64,000 bases of DNA from an uncultured Poribacteria bacterium. GTDB taxonomy: Bacteria; Poribacteria; WGA-4E; WGA-3G. Shown here in pieces: positions 40,817 through 49,144 of this stretch; position 1 is the stretch's first letter; each line of letters begins with the position of its first letter. The stretch is taken from the NCBI GenBank assembly GCA_951813565.1, contig OX638351.1, positions 5,184,001 to 5,248,000 of the forward strand. Reading direction: 5' to 3'. A model generated the notes under the pieces. That model was given only the letters and a program-made list of their open reading frames with translations, made no database searches and was not told the origin of the DNA. The position numbers and the translations under genes were made by a program.

Positions 40817-42277
40817 TTACATTCTTTGCCGAAGTTTAAGGATTTTGAGCCACTTTTGCGCTTTAGGTATACTTATGTCAAGCGGTTCTTTCATCTCATA
40901 ACATTCGGTTTGCCCAGCATAGATGTGATGCCAATCAACAATGCACGGCATTTTCTGTTTTTTAAGGTTTCGCATGAGGTATCCGCGAACTCTTGCACGC
41001 GTATTGCAAGGTGCGTTACTGATAGCATCGCTAATTTGCTGGTCTGTGATAACCTGTCTCATACACCCTTCGCTTTGAAGTGCGTAAAAGATACTATTCT
41101 CAGGGTCAATATTGTGGTATTCTAAATCCAAACTTTTGAGCCATGGATCATCCCACGTCAACTCCTCTTCGTCTACTAAAGCATCAAGAAACCATTTCTT
41201 TGCTGCCCAATCAAGCCGCGTTGTAAGTCGTGTCCAATCCGTTTCAAGATCGTTGAGCACAGTTTCCCATTCGGTAAGAATCCACTTAGCAGTTTCGTCA
41301 AGTTCCGTTAATACGTTTTGGACAAAGTTGAGATATACGCGTTGAATGTCAATAGCAGAAACAGTGCTGCCGTTCTGCAAATCGACCTCCCATTTGAGAG
41401 AAGTATCCCGTGAGATGTGTCTGATAGCAGCAATAGGGTCAGCAAGATCGAGATTCGGTATCGGAAGTTTTTCTCCATGAATTTCATAATGCCGCTCAAT
41501 TGCATCAAGGATAAGTGCTGTTGTCCCAACTTTAAGGGCAGTCGCATATTCCGACATATTAGAGTCTCCTACAAGAAGATGGAGTCTGCGGTATTTTGTA
41601 TAATCACTAAGAGGCTCGTCACGAGTATTGATTATCGCTCGGCTAAACTGAATCCATTCATAGATTTCAGTGACGATGTGATCCGCCCGTTGGGAAATTT
41701 GGTATCCGAGAAAATCGTCAACGCTATATTGCCCATCTCCAAATTCAAGGATGTCATCGTATCCACCGACTCTGCCAGCACCAGCGTATATTTGGCGAGT
41801 CACAAAGAATGGGAGTAGTGTTGGGATGACGATCCTATAAAACGGAACATCACGGCGCGCCTGAAAGTTTTCGTGGCATCCGAAAGTTGCTCCTGTGAAA
41901 TGGTCTATGTTGTTTTTATAAAAGGCTACGTGTGCGGAAAGACCGGTATCCCGCAAAATTGCTGTGATGATGTGTTCAATGGCTTTATCGTAAGCGATGA
42001 GGTCAAACAGGTTTGCACATTCCGGCGTAGCATATTCAAGATGTCCCATATCAATGTAGAGCCTGCCGCCGTTGAAGAGGAAACCGCCATTGCCGGGTGG
42101 TTCACCCCAATCGCGATAGTGGAGATCGGGGATACCGAGTTCAAGTGTTTTAAAAACATAGTCTCTGACGCGCGCAGCAATACCTTCAGGTGATATTTTG
42201 ATACGTTGTGTCTGTATCGCCTGCGACTGTATCATGCACCCAAATTCGGTTTCGATACCCATTATTCTGTGTGTCAC
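40817..42277 (-). CDS. pafA: Pup/UBact-protein ligase
   Basis: GIETEFG, NGGRLYID.GH.EYATPEC, GCHENF, IINTRDEP, RRLH...GDSN, DLEYH. Confidence 0.88.
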   Translation of the reverse strand: MTHRIMGIETEFGCMIQSQAIQTQRIKISPEGIAARVRDYVFKTLELGIPDLHYRDWGEPPGNGGFLFNGGRLYIDMGHLEYATPECANLFDLIAYDKAIEHIITAILRDTGLSAHVAFYKNNIDHFTGATFGCHENFQARRDVPFYRIVIPTLLPFFVTRQIYAGAGRVGGYDDILEFGDGQYSVDDFLGYQISQRADHIVTEIYEWIQFSRAIINTRDEPLSDYTKYRRLHLLVGDSNMSEYATALKVGTTALILDAIERHYEIHGEKLPIPNLDLADPIAAIRHISRDTSLKWEVDLQNGSTVSAIDIQRVYLNFVQNVLTELDETAKWILTEWETVLNDLETDWTRLTTRLDWAAKKWFLDALVDEEELTWDDPWLKSLDLEYHNIDPENSIFYALQSEGCMRQVITDQQISDAISNAPCNTRARVRGYLMRNLKKQKMPCIVDWHHIYAGQTECYEMKEPLDISIPKAQKWLKILKLRQRM

Positions 42278-42403
42278 GGATTGTCCCTCAATTTGGCTAT
42301 AGGCAATTGGTTATCAGCAGTGTAGATTAGGTAGAGCTTGCGAAACCCAACATGTTATGAATTTTTCAACGGTTGAGTTGTTGGGTTTCATGATTTTCTA
42401 CCC

Positions 42404-42577
42404 ATAGGCGTCAACTTAAGGATAGATTTTCTTGTAGGAGTGAATCAACGCCAAATGCGCTTTTTGGCATTTGTCGGGTTTTCAACCCGATTTAACAGTT
42501 TGAGTCTCACAAAATCGAGCTTGAAAAGCCCTCCCACAAGAGAAAATCCAGCATTTTTTTCTTAAGTTGACATCTAT
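42404..42577. mobile_element. MITE family C copy 2
   Basis: Inverted homolog of 34558-34732, lying between prcA and pafA. Confidence 0.75.
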
Positions 42578-42620
42578 GAGTTTTGCTTACGCTCTACCCA
42601 ACCTACGGGTTCCTGAGAAG

Positions 42621-43391
42621 TCAATTTGTTTCGCGTGCTGCCTGAATTTCGTCCTGTGTCAGGAGACGGAATTTTGTGTCACTGGACAAGGAAGAATCCA
42701 GTACACCTACCTCAATTTCCCTATCCTCTAATTCAGTTTTAATGGTTTCGTTTATCTGTTCGTCTGTTACTTCGGTATTGTCTTCTGCTTCTTCAAATCG
42801 TTGGCTTAACTCTCTACCGACTGCCCACGTTTTGAGTGCCAACGCAAGTGCATCAGCGAGATCATGTTTCGTCCCATTTTGTTCGGCTGCGAGGTAGTTT
42901 TGCATCGCGTTTTCAATTTCCGCGGTGCCGGCAATTACCGCTAATTCGTGTTGTACTTTAACGTTCCCGTCATAGTTAATATGCGTAAATTGTGTTTCTG
43001 ACTCACCATTACCGATTTCAACGAGGAGCATTTTTATTATGTAAGCTTCACCGACTATCGCTTCGAACGCTTGTTTGAAGGTGTGTGCCAAAACATAATG
43101 GGTCAATCGGTGTAGGTTTACATCTTCGGTAGCACTCTGAAAGGCTTGGACGCTTGCAGTATCTGTCACAAGCATTCGGAGGCGTTCGATATCAGCGGGG
43201 TGTCCGATAGCGGAGAGCGCAATTCTGTCATGAACTTCAAAGATTTTTTGAGCACTTTTACTAACAGTCAGTAGGAGGCTGCCTTGTGCGTAAGATAGTC
43301 CAACAACGGGACTTCCGGGTCTAAGTTGGTCTTCAATGTAGTCGCGCCGGTCCTGAATTGCTTCAATCCAACGATACGGCATATCGCGCAT
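42621..43391 (-). CDS. prcA: 20S proteasome alpha subunit
   Basis: GSPVV, KIFEVHDRIA; follows prcB with a TAATG overlap. Confidence 0.88.
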   Translation of the reverse strand: MRDMPYRWIEAIQDRRDYIEDQLRPGSPVVGLSYAQGSLLLTVSKSAQKIFEVHDRIALSAIGHPADIERLRMLVTDTASVQAFQSATEDVNLHRLTHYVLAHTFKQAFEAIVGEAYIIKMLLVEIGNGESETQFTHINYDGNVKVQHELAVIAGTAEIENAMQNYLAAEQNGTKHDLADALALALKTWAVGRELSQRFEEAEDNTEVTDEQINETIKTELEDREIEVGVLDSSLSSDTKFRLLTQDEIQAARETN

Positions 43392-44272
43392 TATGTCGCC
43401 TCCGCGTAACATTCTAATAAGTATTGGTCAGTGAGTGTTTCCACCCCTTGTTGTGTGATAGTTTTGAGAGTAGGAAAAATTTCGGCTTTTGCGTTGTATC
43501 CGCTGGTTGCTGCATCATACTCACTTGCGGTGTCAAGCAGTCTTAAAATAGTAATGGTTGCTTGTCGTTGATCCATCTGCTCCAATCGGGTTTCACCCCA
43601 TCGGTCAAGATAGCGTAGCACCCCACGTATCCAAATTGAACCGGAACCCGTCGTAGCGAAATCCACGTTTTCAAAGTGTGCACCGAGCGCGTCATAGAAG
43701 TATATTTTACCGCCGTTTTTTGATTCGTCAACTTGCGGCGCATACAAAGCAAAGATCGGTATAACTGCACCGATACCCTGCATTGCCATGGGAAGGTTTT
43801 CACGGATAAGACGTGAAAGCGTCCGCAATTTTCCTTCAACGCTGAGTTCTTGGAGTTGGCTCCGACGAAAATATTGGAATGAATGCTTTAAGACACGCGC
43901 TATCTCATAAGCCGTTGCTGGTGCACCAGAGATGGCGAGAACAGAATGTGTATCAATAGGAAGGACTTTCTCAGCACGGTCATGAACAACGGCAGTGCCA
44001 GCAGTTGCCCGCCTGTCGCCTGCAATAATAATACCTTCTTGATAACGCATAGCGACAACCGTCGTGGCTTCCGGTATTTCTAATGTAGTGCCGTGGGTTT
44101 GTCTTCCCTGCGATGGCAACTGAAAAGCATCGCGCATCGGTTCTTTTGCAGTTCGGAAAAGGTCTTGTGTTCCGTGTATATCAACTTCCGAAGTATCACG
44201 AGTCGTTTCAGCATCAAGTTGCAAGGTGTCTGCGTGTTTTAAAAGGCTGAGAAAGTCGCCTTTATGGTTCAT
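43391..44272 (-). CDS. prcB: 20S proteasome beta subunit
   Basis: Propeptide then TTVVA...AGDRRAT with Thr1/Asp17/Lys33 spacing; GSGS. Confidence 0.92.
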   Translation of the reverse strand: MNHKGDFLSLLKHADTLQLDAETTRDTSEVDIHGTQDLFRTAKEPMRDAFQLPSQGRQTHGTTLEIPEATTVVAMRYQEGIIIAGDRRATAGTAVVHDRAEKVLPIDTHSVLAISGAPATAYEIARVLKHSFQYFRRSQLQELSVEGKLRTLSRLIRENLPMAMQGIGAVIPIFALYAPQVDESKNGGKIYFYDALGAHFENVDFATTGSGSIWIRGVLRYLDRWGETRLEQMDQRQATITILRLLDTASEYDAATSGYNAKAEIFPTLKTITQQGVETLTDQYLLECYAEAT

Positions 44273-44469
44273 TATTCCCCCGTTCTTTGACGGTATCGCC
44301 GTGATTGGTCTTTGTCAACGCGGCGCATACGTTTGAGGAGTTCTTGCGTGTCCGGTCTGTTAACATCCGGGCGTTTAGGTGTGTTGTTATCGTCTCCACC
44401 ATCGCCGGGTTCAACCGGTTTTACCGGTCTCTGTTTGCGTTCTGGAAAATAGACAATCTGGTCTTTCAT
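44272..44469 (-). CDS. ubact: Ubiquitin-like protein UBact
   Basis: 65 aa, disordered, ends LLKRMRRVD...RYRQRTGE; sits between dop and prcB. Confidence 0.9.
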   Translation of the reverse strand: MKDQIVYFPERKQRPVKPVEPGDGGDDNNTPKRPDVNRPDTQELLKRMRRVDKDQSRRYRQRTGE

Positions 44470-44535
44470 CGGAAATTCTCCTTAATTGCTTTATGGAAGC
44501 AGTTTTTGGATTACAATCCCTCATACAGATTGGGG

Positions 44536-46053
44536 TTAGTGTAAACCAAGTTTTTCAACGAGGGTTTGGAGGTTTGGGGATAAGTCAAGCGCTTCATTAT
44601 ATTTTTGTGCGATTTCAGGGTTTGCGAGTGCGTTCATGTTGACTGTAACAGGTTTGCCTTTGATCTCAAAAGTAATGCTGTCCCACTGGACAGTTTTGAT
44701 TGCGTCTTCAAACTTGTTGAGGGACTTGCCACGAAAATAAGCACGTGTGTTCAATGGCGGTGTGTGTATAGCAGTCTGGATCTGTTCATCGGTTACAACT
44801 CGTTGCATCTGTAACCCGTAGAATAAACTCTCTTCAAGGTCAATGTTGTGGTATTCTAAATCAATGCTTTGCAGCCATGGGTCGTCCCACTCAATATCTT
44901 CTGATTCGACAAAGGTTTCCAGCAACCATTTTTTGGCGACCCAATCGATGCGGTCAGTAAGCATCATCGGGTCATTTTCAAGTGCGTTCAGTGTTTCCTC
45001 CCACTGTGTCAAGACCCAATCGGTGTCACCATTTTGATGTGTCAGATGTTTTTGTGCAAGTGCAAGATATTCGCGTTGATGGTCAATCGCGGAAATTATC
45101 TCACCATCAACTTTCTGTAGCAACCATCGATACGTTTGGTCGTGTGAAATCATTTTGATGGTATCAATTGGATTTGCAATTGCTAACGTTGTAGGAATAA
45201 GCCGCTGTTCAATTAGATCAATGACAAGTGCAGTTGTTCCCACCTTGAGTGCTGTTGCGTATTCAGACATGTTTGCGTCACCGACGATACCGTGAAGTCT
45301 GCGATATGTAGCAGGATCCGCATGCGGTTCGTCTCGGGTGTTAACGATGGGACGTTTGTGCATTGTATCCACACTTGCTTCAACGTGAAAAAAGTCGGAG
45401 CGTTGTGTGAGTTGAAAATGTCCGGGTGTTGCGAGTCCTGCTTCGGTTTCAATACCTATTTTGCCTGCTCCAGCAAAAATTTGCCGCGTAACGAAAAAGG
45501 GCAGAATGCAAGCTTTAAGATAATCAAAAGGCACCTCGCGTGCCATAAGGTAATTATCGTGGCACCCGTAACTATGTCCGTAAAAATCGGTATTATTTTT
45601 GTATAAAATAACGCGTTCGCCAAGCTCCTGACTACGTCTTTCGGCACATTTTTGGAGGATTCTTTCACCAGCTTTGTCGTGTGCAACGAGATCAAAGAGG
45701 TTTTGACATTCCGGTGTTGAATATTCCGGATGTGCGTGGTCATTGTAAAGTCGCGCACCGTTAATAAGGATACGGTCGCTTTTAATCTCGCGGAAAGAAC
45801 GTTCGGGTTGTTTGGCAAATCGCTCTCGGTCGCGTTTTTCTTCCTCCACTTCATCAGGATGATTATTGAGTTGCTTTGCTCGGAAACCACGGTCATCTCG
45901 AAATGGATCTTCACCACCATAATCCCAGAGCGGTAAGAACGGGTCGCGCCGATAATTCTTTATAAGCTCAATGGATTCCTTAACAGGATCAATTTGTTCA
46001 GCACTTTCGAGTGTGATGCCGTATTCGGTTTCGATTCCAAAAAGTCTTTGCAT
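44536..46053 (-). CDS. dop: Depupylase/deamidase Dop (PafA2)
   Basis: NGARLYNDHAHPEYSTPEC, KNNTD..GHSYGCHDNY, RPIVNTRDEPHAD. Confidence 0.9.
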   Translation of the reverse strand: MQRLFGIETEYGITLESAEQIDPVKESIELIKNYRRDPFLPLWDYGGEDPFRDDRGFRAKQLNNHPDEVEEEKRDRERFAKQPERSFREIKSDRILINGARLYNDHAHPEYSTPECQNLFDLVAHDKAGERILQKCAERRSQELGERVILYKNNTDFYGHSYGCHDNYLMAREVPFDYLKACILPFFVTRQIFAGAGKIGIETEAGLATPGHFQLTQRSDFFHVEASVDTMHKRPIVNTRDEPHADPATYRRLHGIVGDANMSEYATALKVGTTALVIDLIEQRLIPTTLAIANPIDTIKMISHDQTYRWLLQKVDGEIISAIDHQREYLALAQKHLTHQNGDTDWVLTQWEETLNALENDPMMLTDRIDWVAKKWLLETFVESEDIEWDDPWLQSIDLEYHNIDLEESLFYGLQMQRVVTDEQIQTAIHTPPLNTRAYFRGKSLNKFEDAIKTVQWDSITFEIKGKPVTVNMNALANPEIAQKYNEALDLSPNLQTLVEKLGLH

Positions 46054-46112
46054 TATTTATGTCTTTCTATGATATCCAGACAGTGTGTTGGACCTACGAT
46101 GAAGGTAGAGAC

Positions 46113-47891
46113 CTAAATCACCGGACTCGGAGTTTTTCGAGACTCTTTCTTTTCAGGTTGAATAGGCGTAACTTTGACAACATTCACAGGATCGTAATCC
46201 AAGAGTTTGAGCCAATCCTCAGTAGCCTCGGTCGGTGGGAAAATGTCATTTTCGCTATATTCGGCGTTAAGTGCGTCTAAGAGATCGTCTAAAGAAATAC
46301 CGGTCTCTGTATCAGGGTCAGCAATGGCGCGTTTCATTGCAGATTCTTTCGCTCTTTGAACAATAGACTCAATAATTGCGCCGCTACAAAGATGACCGCG
46401 ATAGAGAACGTCGCGTCTACCGCTGCGAAGGGCAACCTCAAGAAATCGGTTTTCTGTTGTTTCGCGAAACATTTCATCAACGATTCGTTCGATCAATCCG
46501 CCAACGATTTCTTTGTTAGCAGTTTGACCGGGTTCTGTTTCAATGGGGAGGTCCGGGGTTAGGTAGATACTGAATATGTCTTTGGCAGCGCCTTTATTCG
46601 GACGAATCACTTTGATTTTTCTATCAATTCGTCCTGGTCGAAGAATAGCAGGATCAATTAAGTCTGGACGGTTGGTTGCCAGAATGATGACAACCTCATG
46701 CAACGGTTCAATACCGTCCATTTCTGCACAAAACATCGGGACCAACGTGTTAGAGATGCTGTGTGAGCGCATAGCACGCCGAGTACCCAAAATGGATTCT
46801 GCTTCGTCAATAAAGACAAATGCAAGTTTACCTTCATCGCGTTTTTCGCGTGCCATCTGAAAAATTTCTCTGACTTTCCGCTCCGACTCACCAAGCCACA
46901 TGTTAAGAATTTCGGGTCCTTTAATGTGAAGGAATGTGCCTTCAATCTCTTCACCTGTTTCTGTTTTTAGACGTTCGGTTAAGTTGTAAGCAGTTGCTTT
47001 TCCGATAAGCGTTTTTCCACAACCAGGGGGGCCGTGGAGAAGAAATCCTTTTGGCACCGTATACTGAAACCGTTTGAAGAGTTCAGGATGCAGAATCGGT
47101 TGTTCAATGGTATCCTTAATCCGCTGAATGGTATCGTCAAGTCCGCCAACTTTTTCCCATGGAATTTGGGGGACAGCTTCAAGCGCATAGTCTTTCTGTT
47201 CTTTTGAGGCGATCCGTTCAATAGCAACTTTTAAACTTGCATCAAGGCGTACCTCGTCACCGGACTTTAGTTTGACATCTACTAAGTCGGAAGCGCGTTC
47301 TATAATAACAGATTGTAGGCTCGGTTCAGAGCCAACGCGTAGCCTGCCATCCGGAAGCACATCGGCAATTTTGGCAATTGGACCTGATTCTGTATAGCCA
47401 AGTTCCCCGATAACGACAAAAGCTTCGTTTAGGAGCACACTCACGCCTTTTTTTAGGTTTTTAGTCTCCAGTTGCGGGTCAATATTGGCATAGTATTCGG
47501 ATCCGCCAACGGTAACGCGCGCAGTATCGTCTTTAGGTATTGCGAGGAGTGTTCCGATACGGTTCGCGGGTGCGGTCAGTTTTTCAATTTGTTCTTCCAT
47601 CTCAGCGTGTATGCGGATTGCTTCCTGCTCAATTGCCTGGACTCTTTGGCGAAATTCGCCCTCATCACTGATGATAGAACGACGTAATTCAATTAGCCAA
47701 CGTCTTCTCTGGTCCTCCACAGGTGTTTCCGAGATGATGTGGTGAATTAGTTGCAAGGAATAACCAGAACTCGCCTCTTCCTCTTCAATATCTTCATCCT
47801 CATCAAGTTCCAACTCATCCTCGTCTTCAAAAAACAGTTTGTGATCGTCGGGGCTTGCGCCAGCATCGCTACGTTTCTTCTTATCGTACAT
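46113..47891 (-). CDS. arc: Proteasome-associated AAA ATPase (ARC/Mpa)
   Basis: Coiled coil, OB domains (LNE), GPPGCGKT, IKGPEILN, DEAES, RPGRIDRKI. Confidence 0.93.
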   Translation of the reverse strand: MYDKKKRSDAGASPDDHKLFFEDEDELELDEDEDIEEEEASSGYSLQLIHHIISETPVEDQRRRWLIELRRSIISDEGEFRQRVQAIEQEAIRIHAEMEEQIEKLTAPANRIGTLLAIPKDDTARVTVGGSEYYANIDPQLETKNLKKGVSVLLNEAFVVIGELGYTESGPIAKIADVLPDGRLRVGSEPSLQSVIIERASDLVDVKLKSGDEVRLDASLKVAIERIASKEQKDYALEAVPQIPWEKVGGLDDTIQRIKDTIEQPILHPELFKRFQYTVPKGFLLHGPPGCGKTLIGKATAYNLTERLKTETGEEIEGTFLHIKGPEILNMWLGESERKVREIFQMAREKRDEGKLAFVFIDEAESILGTRRAMRSHSISNTLVPMFCAEMDGIEPLHEVVIILATNRPDLIDPAILRPGRIDRKIKVIRPNKGAAKDIFSIYLTPDLPIETEPGQTANKEIVGGLIERIVDEMFRETTENRFLEVALRSGRRDVLYRGHLCSGAIIESIVQRAKESAMKRAIADPDTETGISLDDLLDALNAEYSENDIFPPTEATEDWLKLLDYDPVNVVKVTPIQPEKKESRKTPSPVI

Positions 47892-48285
47892 TGTGAACGT
47901 CTCCTCACACTGAAAAAACTGACTTTACGATAGAGTTTACCACAATTCTAATCAATTTTGTGACTTTTTATCGCATGATTGCAAAAATATCAATTATCCT
48001 CAATTTTTAGGCGGATTTTAACTAAAAATTGTCTCATCTGTTGCAATTGTCATTAGTTTAACATATTTTATAAAATAGGTGCAAGTTAAAAGTTGATGTT
48101 TCCAATATAGTTTGTTCTGGTCGTAATCCTTAAAAAATACAGTGAACCATGACAAGTTTGTGCAGTTTAACAGGTATTGTAATACAAGGCAAGTTAAAAG
48201 ACAGGGTTATTTAGTTTTAAGAATTATCAGTTCCTGAGTTTTACTGTGAGTTTATATCGTCCGTCGGGTAGAACTTGCGAAACCC

Positions 48286-48735
48286 ATAGGTATCAATTTA
48301 AAGATAAATCCCGTCAAACCTTGTAGGGCCAAATCACCGCCAAATGCGCTTTTTGGCATTTGGCGGTGTCTCAGTGCCCCGCCATTGCTGATGTATTCAA
48401 ACAACGGGCGGGCACCAAATCAAGAAATCAACGGTATGAACCATGGCGAATGCCATACGGGGAATGCCAAAGGGCATTCATACCGTTGATTTGGCGCATT
48501 CGTCTTTAGTCATTCACCGGGTCCGAATGCCTTTTGGCATTCCCCGGAGACCCGCCCCTACAATCGGATTACGGTGTTGTTTGGGTTAAAATGTGTGAAA
48601 CCTGAAATAAATCCTTAAGTTGACACCTTCTTGTGGGAGGGTTTTTCAACCCCGATATATCGCGCTTAGAAAGCGCTCCTACAAGAGGATGTCCGAGGCG
48701 CGTTTTGGAAACGCGCCTCTTAAATTGACGCCTAT
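48286..48735. mobile_element. MITE family C composite copy 3 with nested micro-insertions
   Basis: ATAGGTATCAATTTAA ... TTAAATTGACGCCTAT; extra internal right end near 48613-48628. Confidence 0.6.
48416..48545 (+). repeat. Nested CAAATCA micro-insertion stack
   Basis: 95-nt composite plus an inverted 35-nt unit (48459-48493), inserted in GGGCAC^GGAGACCGCCCCTAC. Confidence 0.8.
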
Positions 48736-48834
48736 GGGTAGAGCTTGCGAAACCCAACCTACAATATAAATTTTAGTCCACTCATCAACGGATAATTCTT
48801 AAAACTAAAATATTTGTCTGCCTTCCTTTTATTC

Positions 48835-48863
48835 TTGACACATGAAAAAAATAGAAGTATAAT
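48835..48863 (+). promoter_or_regulatory. Consensus sigma70 promoter
   Basis: TTGACA-17bp-TATAAT. Confidence 0.75.
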
Positions 48864-48907
48864 TTATTTGACAATCCGCGTTCTAAAATATACTTTCGGA
48901 GGAAAAA

Positions 48908-49144
48908 ATGTTTGACGATATCGGGAAAACTGCCGGCGAAATTTGGCATTATCTTGAAAAACATGAGGAGGCATCTGTCGGAAAATTGACAAAAGAACTG
49001 AGACAAACTGAACGTATGGTACTCCTTGGCATCGGTTGGTTAGCCCGCGAAGGAAAATTAAACATCGAAAAACGGCAAAGAGCCACCTATTTCATGTTAA
49101 ATACCGCTTCTACTTCTGATAATAGGGAGAATACTGTAGAATGA
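48908..49144 (+). CDS. Small winged-helix protein (DUF2582-like)
   Basis: IG.TAG.IW.YL ... GIGWLAREGK; GGAGG RBS. Confidence 0.8.
   Translation: MFDDIGKTAGEIWHYLEKHEEASVGKLTKELRQTERMVLLGIGWLAREGKLNIEKRQRATYFMLNTASTSDNRENTVE

Noticed and set aside
44272..44469. Actinobacterial Pup
   Set aside because: It ends RTGE rather than GGQ/GGE and matches the UBact pattern.
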